Made by a program: the position numbers and the translations under genes. The notes below the pieces were generated by a model. The model saw nothing but the letters and a program-made list of their open reading frames with translations. It did not search any database and was not told the DNA's origin. Below, one piece after another: positions 52,973-63,565 of a DNA stretch of 64,000 bases (its first letter is position 1; each line of letters opens with the position of its first letter). Source of the DNA: Candidatus Obscuribacterales bacterium (GTDB taxonomy: Bacteria > Cyanobacteriota > Vampirovibrionia > Obscuribacterales > Obscuribacteraceae); NCBI GenBank assembly GCA_965228855.1, contig CBDDIJ010000005.1, positions 864,001 to 928,000 on the forward strand, written 5' to 3'.

Positions 52973-53413
52973 TTAATGAGTAACTTCGCTCTGTTTGTCT
53001 TCATCCAAGACTCTTAGAAAGAGTTCCGGGTTTACAATCTGCGTGCCGCGATGGTGTTTTAGAGGAAGTAGATGCTTTGCGTCAAGTGACACCAGGTAAT
53101 CCGCTGCACCTTCCTGAGCCGCGGCTAACAGCATGTTATCGTCCGGATCCACATCGTCCAGTCGATAAACCACGTGGGCGCCAGGGATATTCAATGCGAT
53201 TCTTCCAACAACTTCTACAAACTCTAGAATTAGACTGTCAGCTATTCCTCTCTGAACAAGCTTCGCCGCAATTTCTTCAACAATTTGCCTGGACATGATG
53301 AGCTTAAATTCCCCAGCTCGCCATCGTGAAATGATCTGAGAAGACGGTCCCCTACCAGTCCGCGACAGATAGCCCGCCACGAAAACAGAAGTATCTACGA
53401 CAACTTTAAGCAC
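52973..53413 (-). CDS. PIN-domain toxin
   Basis: VVVDTSVFVA, IVEEI, DPDDNMLL, ADYLVSLD: PIN acidic residues present. Confidence 0.9.
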   Translation of the reverse strand: MLKVVVDTSVFVAGYLSRTGRGPSSQIISRWRAGEFKLIMSRQIVEEIAAKLVQRGIADSLILEFVEVVGRIALNIPGAHVVYRLDDVDPDDNMLLAAAQEGAADYLVSLDAKHLLPLKHHRGTQIVNPELFLRVLDEDKQSEVTH

Positions 53414-53436
53414 TTTCAGACAGCCGTTGTTTTTTG

Positions 53437-53823
53437 CTATCGCATCTGATTTCTGTTCGCGTCATTTTGTATTCGGACTCTCACAGCATCGAACTCGTCC
53501 CAAATTTTCTCCGGGTCAGCGGACGCTGCACCTAATGCGGACTGCAAACCACGCGCGACCAAAAGGCTGGCCTTCTGCCGAGCGTCCGCTGATGGCGGCT
53601 GCTCGGCTACGTCCTCCTCAATTATGAATAGGTCGTTTGGGGTGCAGCGAAAAAAGGCGCAGAGTTTAACTACGGTATTGAACTCGATACCTTTGCTAGC
53701 CCCAGTTTCCAGAGCACTCAGCGTTTTCTGACCAATTCCGGTGGATTCCGAAACCGCTTTTTGACTGAGCCTGCCGTTGATAAATCGCAGGTACGCGAGG
53801 TTGATTTTTAATTGACGTGCCAT
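53437..53823 (-). CDS. XRE/Cro-type HTH regulator, probable antitoxin
   Basis: LSQKAVSESTGIGQKTLSALETG..IEFNTVVKLCAFFRCTPNDLF; directly upstream of the PIN gene. ATG at 53823 with GGAG. Confidence 0.85.
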   Translation of the reverse strand: MARQLKINLAYLRFINGRLSQKAVSESTGIGQKTLSALETGASKGIEFNTVVKLCAFFRCTPNDLFIIEEDVAEQPPSADARQKASLLVARGLQSALGAASADPEKIWDEFDAVRVRIQNDANRNQMR

Positions 53824-54033
53824 TGTTAAACCACTCCCTATATTCAAATTGTAACACCCAATCAGGTATCAACCAAGCCCCAATAGGGTTCATTTACCCG
53901 CCCAACAGAAACAAATGCGCTGTAGATTCACCTCGTACCCGAACACACGATTTGAGCCACTAGAGTGACAGAGCAGAGCGCGAAAACACTTTCAGATTAG
54001 TAATACAAGGGCTCGTGCTAAAGTGACACTATT

Positions 54034-54732
54034 ATGGTCAAGCACTCTTCGATTTTGATCTTAGCTATGTTCCTCGTTGGATGCTTCTTCTTTCTTGGAC
54101 TGGAGCAAACGCAAAGCCCCCCCAAGAATGAGAAGAGGTGCGCCTTATCTTTTGCCGTCGTCTGCGCGGAGGATGTGCAGCAAGGTAACATTATAAGGGC
54201 TGATCAATTGGATGAACGCGGATTTTCGACTTCCGCTGTTCCAGTCGGCAGCTTGCAGCGAATTGATGAGGTTGCTGGTTCACGGGCACGTCGAAACCTG
54301 CAGCGAAATAGCTTTGTTAGTTTTCGCGACGTTGATCCCGGAACTCAAAGACAGCCTGTTTCCGCCTATCGCGCCATTTCAGACATCCGAGAAGGAGAAG
54401 AACTCTCGATAGCCAACTCAGAGCTCATCAAATCTCAAACAGTTAATCTTCCGCAAACCTATCTGCGTCCATCTTACATTGGCATTCGGACTGTGCACGC
54501 TATTCGCGCCATCAAATGCGGTGCCTTTCTGAGTTTTGACGATACGGACCTTCCCGAAGGTTCTTTGGCCGGTTCACCCCAAAAGCAAATTCAGGTTTCA
54601 GCCAAACCAGTAAAAACAATTTCGGAGGAAGATAAGCTGCGTTTGTCGCGAGAATACCTGCGAACCATACCTCGCAATACCCAGAATCGATCGACAAAAA
54701 ATCTTGACCATGGACAAATCGAAGGCATTTAA
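54034..54732 (+). CDS. SAF-domain (CpaB/FlgA-like) protein
   Basis: N-terminal TM; VVCAEDVQQGNIIRADQL..VPVGS..EVAGSRARRNL, and a second SAF-like unit (AISDIREGEEL). Confidence 0.7.
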   Translation: MVKHSSILILAMFLVGCFFFLGLEQTQSPPKNEKRCALSFAVVCAEDVQQGNIIRADQLDERGFSTSAVPVGSLQRIDEVAGSRARRNLQRNSFVSFRDVDPGTQRQPVSAYRAISDIREGEELSIANSELIKSQTVNLPQTYLRPSYIGIRTVHAIRAIKCGAFLSFDDTDLPEGSLAGSPQKQIQVSAKPVKTISEEDKLRLSREYLRTIPRNTQNRSTKNLDHGQIEGI

Positions 54733-54831
54733 GAGGGGTTGGTGATCGTCAGCGAAGATTTGGGATACAGATTTCCGCTAGAATAGAACCCAGGCATCGA
54801 CTTCGCGCAGTGAAACTAAACGAAGAAAACC

Positions 54832-55500
54832 ATGATTAGAGCGACGACAACGGTCAAACGATCACATTGGCGACGACACATCGATATCGGTGTGCTTGTT
54901 CTCGCCGCATTGCTCATCGGAGCTCCACCAGCGAGTTCGGGCAGTTCCGACTGGACGATTTCAATTTCCACGAAGCACATTGAAAAATGCCTGGACTATC
55001 CGGATTCAAAACTGCAACCGCTCATAAGAGCACGAATTCAGTTTGAGCAAGGTCTGGCAAAATTGTCCCCTGAAGAAAACGTTCTTGCCGAAGCCGGGTA
55101 CATTTCGGAAAAGCAGGTTCCCGATACGGTTTACGAGGACATTTTCTACGCTCAGACACGAGCGCTCGGACTGCATAGATATAACGAACTTGGAATCAGG
55201 CCAGGCACTCCAGGTGTGATTAAGATTACATCGATTGGCGAAGGACATTTGCGCGACCAAGAGGCATTCGCTGCAGCTAATGCAACGGCAAGAGTCTTCC
55301 TGGACGCAGCTCTCAAGAAATCGGCCCTGCGCTCAATATTCGTGCCGCGCGACAATTTTGATTTGTATACGCAAGGGCTTCAGCGCTATGGATTTCGCCC
55401 GGTGACGGTAAGTATGGACGCACCACTTTCGGTATCATTTATGGTAAGCGTTCAGTCTAACCCGGCAGGACGTAAACTATATTTGGGCTACGGATTTTGA
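54832..55500 (+). CDS. Secreted hypothetical protein
   Basis: Signal-like N-terminus; overlaps the next gene by 4 bp. Confidence 0.7.
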   Translation: MIRATTTVKRSHWRRHIDIGVLVLAALLIGAPPASSGSSDWTISISTKHIEKCLDYPDSKLQPLIRARIQFEQGLAKLSPEENVLAEAGYISEKQVPDTVYEDIFYAQTRALGLHRYNELGIRPGTPGVIKITSIGEGHLRDQEAFAAANATARVFLDAALKKSALRSIFVPRDNFDLYTQGLQRYGFRPVTVSMDAPLSVSFMVSVQSNPAGRKLYLGYGF

Positions 55501-56426
55501 GGTACGTCTCAGTGAACTTGCTTGCTAGACGCTTGAAGAATCGCAGAGCCGGAGCTATTCTCCTGTTAATCGTTGCCGTTGGGTTTATGGTGCTCGCAAC
55601 AGGTTTTATCGTAATTTGTTTTTATATGGTGCTCAGCCAGCAAGGACGTGACAGCAGTCAAACTGATGCGCACGCACTGCGTTTCGCCTCAGAGATCAAC
55701 GGTCAAGACTGGGTGGGCGAGATTAATAACATGACCGGTTTTGCTCGTGAACTGGTCTTTACTTCACGCCAGGAATGCCAACAGGTCAGTAGAGAGTGTC
55801 CGCAGTTCAACGGACTGGCGAAACAACTTCTTGACGAAGCCAGACTCTCTTCCATGCAAGTCGAGGCCGACAAACGCACACTGTTGAAAGACATCGACGC
55901 ATCAGTGAAAGTCGCGCTCAGGAACGCGGAGCAAGAGCAAAAGAGAAAGCGCGGACTAGCGCTTGCTTGGTTTTCGACGGAGCCGTCTCAATTGGAAAGC
56001 GTCGAGCTTGGCTTCATGGATGGAGTGTCAAGCAACGTTATAGCACCAGTAGCGATACCAGAGCTAAAGGCGTTCGATATCGCCTCGAAGTCACTGGACG
56101 AAAAAAGCGGTTTTTACAACGGCAATATTAACGCGAAGCTGCCTGAACCGGACAACGATTTAGATTTCCGAATCTGCTCACTTCCAGCATGTGTTAAGAC
56201 GACTGTATCGCCGGCCCGGCTTGCAAGCAACGATGAGTTTCGAACGCTACTCACGTTGCAGGCGGGCAAGACAACAGATTTTTCGAAATGCGAACAGCTG
56301 CCTTCAGCTGTCAGAGTTCATTCAGCAATGAATGTTTCCACCACCGCCGGAGGCAAGACTGCAGCAGGCCGAGTTAGAATATCATCAACCGTCGCAGCGG
56401 CCGGTGGTACAATGAAGTTACCCTGA
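55497..56426 (+). CDS. TadG/pseudopilin-like membrane-anchored protein
   Basis: Basic leader RRLKNRRAG followed by a hydrophobic helix (class III-like signal). Confidence 0.5.
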   Translation: MRYVSVNLLARRLKNRRAGAILLLIVAVGFMVLATGFIVICFYMVLSQQGRDSSQTDAHALRFASEINGQDWVGEINNMTGFARELVFTSRQECQQVSRECPQFNGLAKQLLDEARLSSMQVEADKRTLLKDIDASVKVALRNAEQEQKRKRGLALAWFSTEPSQLESVELGFMDGVSSNVIAPVAIPELKAFDIASKSLDEKSGFYNGNINAKLPEPDNDLDFRICSLPACVKTTVSPARLASNDEFRTLLTLQAGKTTDFSKCEQLPSAVRVHSAMNVSTTAGGKTAAGRVRISSTVAAAGGTMKLP

Positions 56427-56487
56427 CGGTGATTCTTTGTCGACGCCCCGTGAACGTCAAAAAACTCTTCAAATTGATGGTCGAAGG

Positions 56488-57786
56488 ATGAGATCTGGCA
56501 TGGCATCAGGAAAGCTTGTGAAAACATTTTGGTTCGGCTTTAAACGCCCTCAAGGCGCGTTGATCGCACTTTCGGTTGTTCTGACAGGAGCAGTAGTCGT
56601 TCCCCAATCAGCGGCAGCAAAGAAGATACCCCCTGGGCAGAGTGTTCTCGTCGTGAGCCGACCGCAGTGCGACATTGAAAAGTTCAAAGAGCGCCTAAAG
56701 AAACGCGGTTTGATCATAGTTAACGAAATCAGATCCGAGACGGAAGGCTTTGGTATTTTTGAAGTTCAATCGCAGAAAGCCTCACCGCAAGCTACTCTAG
56801 CTAACGTAAGAAATTCCGGCGATGTCGATTTAGAAGGGGCCGAAATTAAGTTCGCATCGAAGTTTCTTCAATGCACACCGTCGATCAACGATCCGGAATT
56901 CGCGTCGCAATTGCATTTGCAACAACTGAATTTTTCAGAGATGCGATGCTTGCTTGATGCAATGAGTATTTCTCAAGTCGTTCAGCCTAGAATCACTGTT
57001 CTTGATTCTGGTGTAGCTCCGATCACAAACGAGATGACGAATATTCAGCAATTCAATTTTGTCGGTGGACTAAACGGAGTTTCCGAGTCGCCATTCGACA
57101 CAGGAATTCATGGAACGGCTGTAACGGCAATTGCGGCAACTGCGACAAACAATGCGATTTTGTACACTGGCTTAGCGTCGCACTCCAACCCATCAGTAAA
57201 AGTAGTCTCATGCCGTGTAGGTGACGCAACTACCGGCGTCATAGACACGCTGGATGTTCTCAGAGCACTAACCTGGTGCGTCGACAATCAGGCTGCCCGA
57301 GGCGGAATGGGTGTGATCAACCTCAGTATCAATAATCCGGCTCCACCGTTTTTTAATGGATCACCCGCGGTGCAAGCCATTGCTAAGGCGCTTGCGAAGC
57401 ACAAAGACTTCCTCGTCAATGGTGCAGGCAACAATCCGGTTTTGGATCCGAGCAAGAATCTCAAATACATAAGAAGAGTCGGCGGAATTGATGAAAACGA
57501 TCTGTATTGGTCGAATTCTACCTTTGGTACATTCAAATCAGTTTGTCCATCAGTAAACATTCGCATCCATAACACCTCCACAGGCTCTCCTATGGTGACC
57601 TCCGGCACATCTCTTGCTGCGCCAATGTGGTCGGGCACCATCGCGCTATTGATGAGCCTCAACCCGAAACTTACCCCTGCAAATGCGGACAAACTCATCT
57701 ACAAGACAGGCAGAGAAACATCGCAAAAATATATTGTTCCGGACCTTCGAGCCGCGGTGATTAAAGCGTTAAAGCTGAGACCGTAG
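56488..57786 (+). CDS. S8 (subtilisin-like) serine peptidase
   Basis: Catalytic D (ITVLDSG), H (IHGTAV) and S (SGTSLAAP); oxyanion N (GAGN); signal and propeptide. Start uncertain. Confidence 0.9.
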   Translation: MRSGMASGKLVKTFWFGFKRPQGALIALSVVLTGAVVVPQSAAAKKIPPGQSVLVVSRPQCDIEKFKERLKKRGLIIVNEIRSETEGFGIFEVQSQKASPQATLANVRNSGDVDLEGAEIKFASKFLQCTPSINDPEFASQLHLQQLNFSEMRCLLDAMSISQVVQPRITVLDSGVAPITNEMTNIQQFNFVGGLNGVSESPFDTGIHGTAVTAIAATATNNAILYTGLASHSNPSVKVVSCRVGDATTGVIDTLDVLRALTWCVDNQAARGGMGVINLSINNPAPPFFNGSPAVQAIAKALAKHKDFLVNGAGNNPVLDPSKNLKYIRRVGGIDENDLYWSNSTFGTFKSVCPSVNIRIHNTSTGSPMVTSGTSLAAPMWSGTIALLMSLNPKLTPANADKLIYKTGRETSQKYIVPDLRAAVIKALKLRP

Positions 57787-58053
57787 CAGCAAGAGATTTT
57801 CGTTAAAAATTTTAGAGAATCCTCGAAGTGATCTAGAAGGAAATAATTCCCTTTGTCTTCTACACCTGCAATTTTTTATCACCCTAACGGCGGATTGTGT
57901 TTAGCAAACGTACGATGCTAAAACAAAAACAGGTCATCTCAACCAATGCCCTCTCAAACACGCCATGCTCAAAGGCGTGCTGGGCAGATCACGCAGTTAT
58001 ACGAAGACTTAGCCCACCTGGCCGAAGATTCCCAATCCGCTTGGAGCAGATGT

Positions 58054-59415
58054 ATGAACACACCTACAACATCAACTCAGGAAACTAATTTACCGGACCT
58101 CAAGGTTGCACAACTGTGGGCAGATACTACGTTTAACCGTCTCCTGTCACTTTGGGACGAGGGACTCAACGATGCTGCGAATAATCGTGGTTGGCTGTGG
58201 GATGATTTCTGGAAGGCCGGTAATACGCTCGATTGCGTATTGAATTATCTGGTTGTTCGACAACCAGATAACACGAAAGTCATCGCTCCGGATCTATTGA
58301 ACCGAAGCTTAACCAATCTCTTCGATAAGTTGCATTATCCGAGCAATCCATACCATTGGCGAGACGATTATGGATGGTGGGGCAATGCCTTGATGACCGC
58401 ATATACTAACGCAGACGCGTTGGGAATCGAAGCGAAACCCGAGCTAAAGGAACGTTGTCTGAAAGCAGCAATCGATGAATGTTGGAACAAGTTGAAAGAA
58501 AATGCCGAAGACAATCGGGATTATAAATCTCCCTTCGGTCGTTCGATGTTTGGAGAAGGTTATGCGGCTTGGAACGACCATAATGCTCACGATTACGAGT
58601 ACAACGAAAGCGGTTCGCCTCGCCAGAAGCCCGAAGAGACTTACATGCCGGTACCCAATTCGGTAACAAATTTCGGATTCTGGGCGCTCTCGATTAAACT
58701 GTTCGAGGAACTCGACAAGAACGATTCCCATAGCAAATACCTCCAGTCCATGCGTGACACAACCGATTGGTTGAATACCTACGATTCACGCAACATGATG
58801 TTCAATCACTGCGATCTTATAAACGAGACTCCGAATCCCGAGGCGCACAAATACTGGTGTGCCGTCGATAACGGTAGACGGGATAGAGCATGGACAGCGG
58901 ACCAGGGCGCTTTCTTGTACTGCGTTCTTAAAACCCTGCAGAATGAGCCACCTAATTCGCCTCGCCGAAAAATCCTAGGAGGATGGCTCGAACGATTTGC
59001 TATCGGTTTCTTGAAGGGATCCAATACCTTGATTGACAAAAACAAGGTATTACGTGAATACGATTTCAATCCTCCAGTGAGGAACGATGACAATTCAAGC
59101 AACTTTAACGACAACTATTGCACTGGACCTGGCGTGTTGATGCGCTACCTCGGCTACGCAATGCCGATGCTTACTGTCACTGAGCTGAAGCCGTATTTCA
59201 CCGAAGTAATCAGTGCCAGCGCTGAAAGCGCTTGGAACTGCAAATTGGCCGAAGATCAAATTCGCTGCTGGTGGGATAAGTATTTAGAGAATACCAATTA
59301 CTTTTCATACTTCACTCAGAGTTCGGGGGGCAAACGAACTTTGTGGGATTTTGCATTTCAAACCGCCGCACTAGATCTATTTGTAGCGCAGCTCCGGTTG
59401 TATCAGCTTCGCTGA
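58054..59415 (+). CDS. Glycoside hydrolase family 76-like (alpha/alpha)6 protein
   Basis: FWKAGN, WRDDYGWWG (DD pair), NSVTN, WTADQG, GVLMRYL. ATG at 58054 with GGAG. Confidence 0.7.
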   Translation: MNTPTTSTQETNLPDLKVAQLWADTTFNRLLSLWDEGLNDAANNRGWLWDDFWKAGNTLDCVLNYLVVRQPDNTKVIAPDLLNRSLTNLFDKLHYPSNPYHWRDDYGWWGNALMTAYTNADALGIEAKPELKERCLKAAIDECWNKLKENAEDNRDYKSPFGRSMFGEGYAAWNDHNAHDYEYNESGSPRQKPEETYMPVPNSVTNFGFWALSIKLFEELDKNDSHSKYLQSMRDTTDWLNTYDSRNMMFNHCDLINETPNPEAHKYWCAVDNGRRDRAWTADQGAFLYCVLKTLQNEPPNSPRRKILGGWLERFAIGFLKGSNTLIDKNKVLREYDFNPPVRNDDNSSNFNDNYCTGPGVLMRYLGYAMPMLTVTELKPYFTEVISASAESAWNCKLAEDQIRCWWDKYLENTNYFSYFTQSSGGKRTLWDFAFQTAALDLFVAQLRLYQLR

Positions 59416-59705
59416 GTTGAGATCGAATTCTTTCCTCAGCTCGATTCGACTTATATTCCCTAGGAGACATCGGCGAATCGGTCGGACCCTACTCTCGCGC
59501 CAACGGTGCATTAAGGAAAATCACCAGCGAAAGCAAGACGACTACAACCCGAATCAGTCACGATGAGGTCACAAGCGCGTCATATGCTTACCGCATCGAA
59601 CGCTCACTCTTCATTCCTATAAACAAACATTTTAAACTCACTCGTTTCATCGACCAGGCACGCAATGAGTGCTGGTGCGGATGACGTTACTTTTGGAGCA
59701 ATACT

Positions 59706-60434
59706 ATGGGACAAAACCACTTCGATGCGGACATAAAGTCCGCAGGTCTTACGACGGAACAATCAAGAAAGGTTCTCGATAATCATCGTGTTGAATCGCG
59801 GGACAAGTTTGTTTCGGATGCACTTGCTCCCACCGCAGACTCGCTTGGACAACGCCTACTGACTGTGACTAGAGAGGCCGCAAATCAGGTTCCCCAAGCT
59901 TTTGTAAATTCCCTTGATGCAAAAAATATTCTGCCGAACGTCGCAATCGGTTTCGGCTTAGGTGCGATATCAAAGACTGTTTTACCGGAAACCGGACCGG
60001 TTGGAAAGGCTGCTGGAGCTGCGCTTGGGGCTTGGTTTGTAGGCAAACCGGTCGTCGAATCCTATTACATGGCGGCCACGGCTAGAACGAACGCAGACAT
60101 GGCCAAAGCATCACATCACCTTGCTGAAACCATTGGTGGTGCGCCGGTCGCAATAGCTGAAGGTGCTCTAGGCGCAAAGCTTGGAGCCATGGCTACCGGG
60201 AAGGTATTGGGAACCGCAGCTGCTGATTCGTTTATGTTATGGAAAGGCAAACAGTGGGGAACGCGGGATGTAGTAGCAGGCAAAGACATAGCGAGCAAGT
60301 GGGAAATTACTTCGCGCGACAACGCATATGGCGGGAAGCCCTTTGATCTCGATGTGCATTTGCAAACCGAGCGTGGGCACGGTCCGAACTATTTCCTTTT
60401 CCAGGCGAACCCAAAGAATACAGGAATCCGGTGA
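59706..60434 (+). CDS. Hypothetical protein with glycine-zipper-like helices
   Basis: GGAG RBS; GFGLGAI..GKAAGAALGA..GALGAKLGA. Confidence 0.65.
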   Translation: MGQNHFDADIKSAGLTTEQSRKVLDNHRVESRDKFVSDALAPTADSLGQRLLTVTREAANQVPQAFVNSLDAKNILPNVAIGFGLGAISKTVLPETGPVGKAAGAALGAWFVGKPVVESYYMAATARTNADMAKASHHLAETIGGAPVAIAEGALGAKLGAMATGKVLGTAAADSFMLWKGKQWGTRDVVAGKDIASKWEITSRDNAYGGKPFDLDVHLQTERGHGPNYFLFQANPKNTGIR

Positions 60435-60473
60435 CATCAAAGAGAAAACGCGGACTAGCGCTCGTCCAAAGAA

Positions 60474-61385
60474 TCAGCGCTTGCTGACCGTCGATAACTC
60501 TTGTGCCGCTTCAGTCAGGGCCGCATTATGTTCTTTGCTTTCTGCCCCGGAAGATTCCGGAAGCGATTCGCTGACTGCCACCGCCTGCGGTGACATCTCA
60601 GACTGAACTTCATCTCCGTCTACGCCAGTCTCGGCAGGTACGGGATCTTTCGGAAGGCGGATGTTTTTGACCAGCCCCAGCGGTTTCAAAACAGAAAGAA
60701 CACACCATGAAAAATCGAATTCGAGAGGCTTGAGCCCGTGTCTGGCCGATTGTGGAAATTTGTGGTGGTTGTTATGCCAGCCTTCGCCGAATGATGCCAT
60801 TGCTACAAACCATACATTCCGACTGAGCTCCGGAGTGTCATAGTTACGGTAGCCGAATTGCGGCAGGTGGCAGATGGAATTGACCAGGAGCGGGCCGATA
60901 AAGGCACCGAGCGATCCGAGCAGATTGCCTGCGAATGCCCAGGGACCAAAGATGGCGAGGATAGCTAGACGAAAGACGACATTGATTGCGAGGCAAAGAT
61001 AGCCGTCTCGACCGCCTCCTCCGGCATGCAAGAAGCGATAGTATGGATCTCTAAACAGGTCGGGGCATACAACCTTGTACTGGTCTTCATCGATGATTAC
61101 GACCGGCTTGGACATCCAGCCAAGAATAGAATGCCATAGCCCGTCTCTGGGCGTATGGGGATCTTTCCCCGGAACGTCAGAATAGCGGTGATGCAGACGG
61201 TGAGAGGCCACCCAGAATATGGGACCACCCTCAAAAACCAGGTATCCACCAGTTACGAAGAAGTATTCGAGCAGACGGGGAAGCTTGAACGAGCGATGCG
61301 AGAGTCCCCGGTGATAGCCTATAGAAATGCCAAGCAAGCCCCACGTATAGGACAAGATGAGAGAGACCAGAAATATTTCCATCAT
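60474..61385 (-). CDS. Delta-9 type fatty acid (acyl-lipid/acyl-CoA) desaturase
   Basis: His boxes HRGLSH, HRLHH, HNNHH; DPHTP; VNSICH; FGEGW. Confidence 0.93.
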   Translation of the reverse strand: MMEIFLVSLILSYTWGLLGISIGYHRGLSHRSFKLPRLLEYFFVTGGYLVFEGGPIFWVASHRLHHRYSDVPGKDPHTPRDGLWHSILGWMSKPVVIIDEDQYKVVCPDLFRDPYYRFLHAGGGGRDGYLCLAINVVFRLAILAIFGPWAFAGNLLGSLGAFIGPLLVNSICHLPQFGYRNYDTPELSRNVWFVAMASFGEGWHNNHHKFPQSARHGLKPLEFDFSWCVLSVLKPLGLVKNIRLPKDPVPAETGVDGDEVQSEMSPQAVAVSESLPESSGAESKEHNAALTEAAQELSTVSKR

Positions 61386-61698
61386 GCGAACCCCATGTGC
61401 TTGCGCTTGGAATCATACCAGTTAGAGGCTTGTTCGAGGCCTTGGTGGCGGTGACAAGTAGCTTTTCTTATCTGCAGTGTAACCCAGCAATCAACCGGAG
61501 TGCTCACCGGCTCCCGTCATTAGACAAATGCCCCGGCACATTTACTCGGTTTAACCTCTTAACAGTAGTCATCATTGATGTTTAATCACAATCTGTAGGA
61601 CTAAACACTTTGATGCGATGGACTTGAAACCCGTCTACATCCGCCTGTTCGTGAAATGACACCTGCATAAAACTCAAGATAAGTTCCGTGGATAGAGC

Positions 61699-61725
61699 GG
61701 GGGTGGGGGTGGGGGTGGGGGTGGG
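61699..61725 (+). repeat. (GGGGGT)4GGG simple repeat; potential G-quadruplex
   Basis: Five G-tracts separated by single T, in intergenic DNA. Confidence 0.85.
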
Positions 61726-61915
61726 CGCTGGCAATTCAAGAACCAGTGCCTACAGCGTTTTTCAACATCGTTCCGTTCGGAAGTATAGGAAATTGAACGG
61801 TCCCAGCGGCACACGTCAACTAGCGTTCTGCATCGCGGTAATAATAAGGAATCGGCAGGAAGAAGACTTCTAGACAGCCATCTCCTTTTCGATGCTTTCC
61901 CATATCATCAGCTAA

Positions 61916-62455
61916 TCAACCGGGCTGGTGATAGTCCTCAGCAATAAGCAGTTCAAATGATGGGGCTAGGGTCTTAATCGCCTTTATCTTCGAGCGCTGC
62001 AATAGCAATTCGTGATCAAGCCTGACGATTTCAAAGTCGTTCGCAGAGGTTCGTTTGTTCGTGTTAAAACAAACCGGATCATAACGGTCATACGCGAAAG
62101 CAAATTGTATGTAACCATTCTGAAGGCAGGGAGTAACAAGATTCTCGTCCTTAAAAATCTCGCCCAAAAACCCAGAAAGATCTGGTTTATCGTCCGTGCT
62201 GTCTAAAAGCCGAAACCCGCCGTAGAGCCAGAGGGAAGACCACCGATAGTTCAGCAATAGTTTCTCGAAGAGGACTGGAAACTTGGCTGGAAGTCGAGAA
62301 TAGATTTCGCGCAGCGATTCCCTCTCCGTCAGATGACGGACAATAATAGATTCCTCATCGTCCTCGAAGCAGGAAATAAAGTAATCAATTTTTTGATCGT
62401 CCGAGAGCACTTTACCTCGCAATTCTTCGGTGTTTCGATGGTTCGGTTCTATCAT
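61916..62455 (-). CDS. SMI1/KNR4 (SUKH)-like protein, possible immunity protein
   Basis: LPAKFPVLFEKLLLNY..GYIQFA..YDPVCFNT..EIVRLDHE resembles the SUKH pattern. Confidence 0.5.
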   Translation of the reverse strand: MIEPNHRNTEELRGKVLSDDQKIDYFISCFEDDEESIIVRHLTERESLREIYSRLPAKFPVLFEKLLLNYRWSSLWLYGGFRLLDSTDDKPDLSGFLGEIFKDENLVTPCLQNGYIQFAFAYDRYDPVCFNTNKRTSANDFEIVRLDHELLLQRSKIKAIKTLAPSFELLIAEDYHQPG

Positions 62456-62522
62456 TCATCCATGCGAGTGAACTATTCTCGCTTTTAGATCTCCAGCTAA
62501 AGTTGCTACTGATCGGTCAGAT

Positions 62523-62750
62523 TTAACTCTTCGGTCCTCGCTTGATCACTGTCACAAAGACACCCCAAACAACTAAAGCCATAAGCGAACAAATCACGAG
62601 TACTATACTCTGGACAATCAGATAATCAATTTTTTGATTACTCGTAATCCAGAGGACTCCAGTCAGAATGTGAAAATCCAATGACTAATAGCGCGATTCT
62701 AATCACGTGTTTCCTCGAACAACTGCGGAGTTTCCATTCGATTCTATCAT
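62523..62750 (-). pseudogene. Degenerate partial copy of the 5' end of 61916-62455, containing a 52-aa TM-encoding small ORF (62681-62523)
   Basis: MIESNGNS..RG versus MIEPNHRN..RG; exact 16-bp taatcaattttttgat (QKIDY) shared; in-frame TGA and TAG interrupt. Confidence 0.5.
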
Positions 62751-62885
62751 CAACCTGAATAGTCCCGGACCAGAACCGTGCTGGTTTCGCCAATCTGTAG
62801 TGCGGGGTCTCCTCGCACTATCGTGAATGAGTGAGCGTGCATGCTAATATCGATGGAAGAGATGCTACGCCCACAGGTTTGCTAA

Positions 62886-63565
62886 TGAGTGTTGAAAGTA
62901 ATCTGTATATTTTCAACGAGTCGGAATGTTTCGACGAGATTCATGGCGTAGCATTGTCCGATCCATCTCTTCCGTTAAAACTTTATGCAGACCGAAAAGC
63001 CGTCGCGACAATGCACGATCAAGTTTATGCAGTATCCGTCGGCGCACTGCTGACTATATGGGTGATTGATGGTGTCATTTGTCAAATGCTGGCAGTCGCG
63101 CCGGCGTTTTTCATTTCATCGGCGTTTATATCCTTTCTCTTGTTGATAATATCGAGAGACTATCGAGCAGTGCAAAAAGACTCGGGTTCCTCTTCGGCTG
63201 TTCTGGAAATAACCAAAGATTTCCTGACCTGGCGAACCTACACGGGACAGCGCATTGTGGCCTTTCCTTGGTCGCTTGTGGAAACAGTCAAAGCATCTAA
63301 TGATAGACGAGACTCCATTCTCTCATTTGAATTCACGGATAGTGAGCTGCTAACTCAGTACGCAGCTGATGCAACGCATCGAGAACATCTGATCAAGAAG
63401 TTGAAAACGTATGATGGGCGACTTCAGGTTTCAACGTTCGGTCTTCCGTTGACGGCTGTAGAGCTTGAAGACGTTTTGAGGCTGCGACTCTCAGCCACCA
63501 CACCCAGAGCGTCACGAGCGGCAGATTTACCAGTCCTCAAGATTTCAACCAGTTCACCATTTTAA
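62886..63565 (+). CDS. Hypothetical membrane protein (two TMs plus PH-like soluble domain)
   Basis: Two hydrophobic helices, then [19 protein letters not shown]. Start uncertain (62831 or 62886). Confidence 0.6.
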
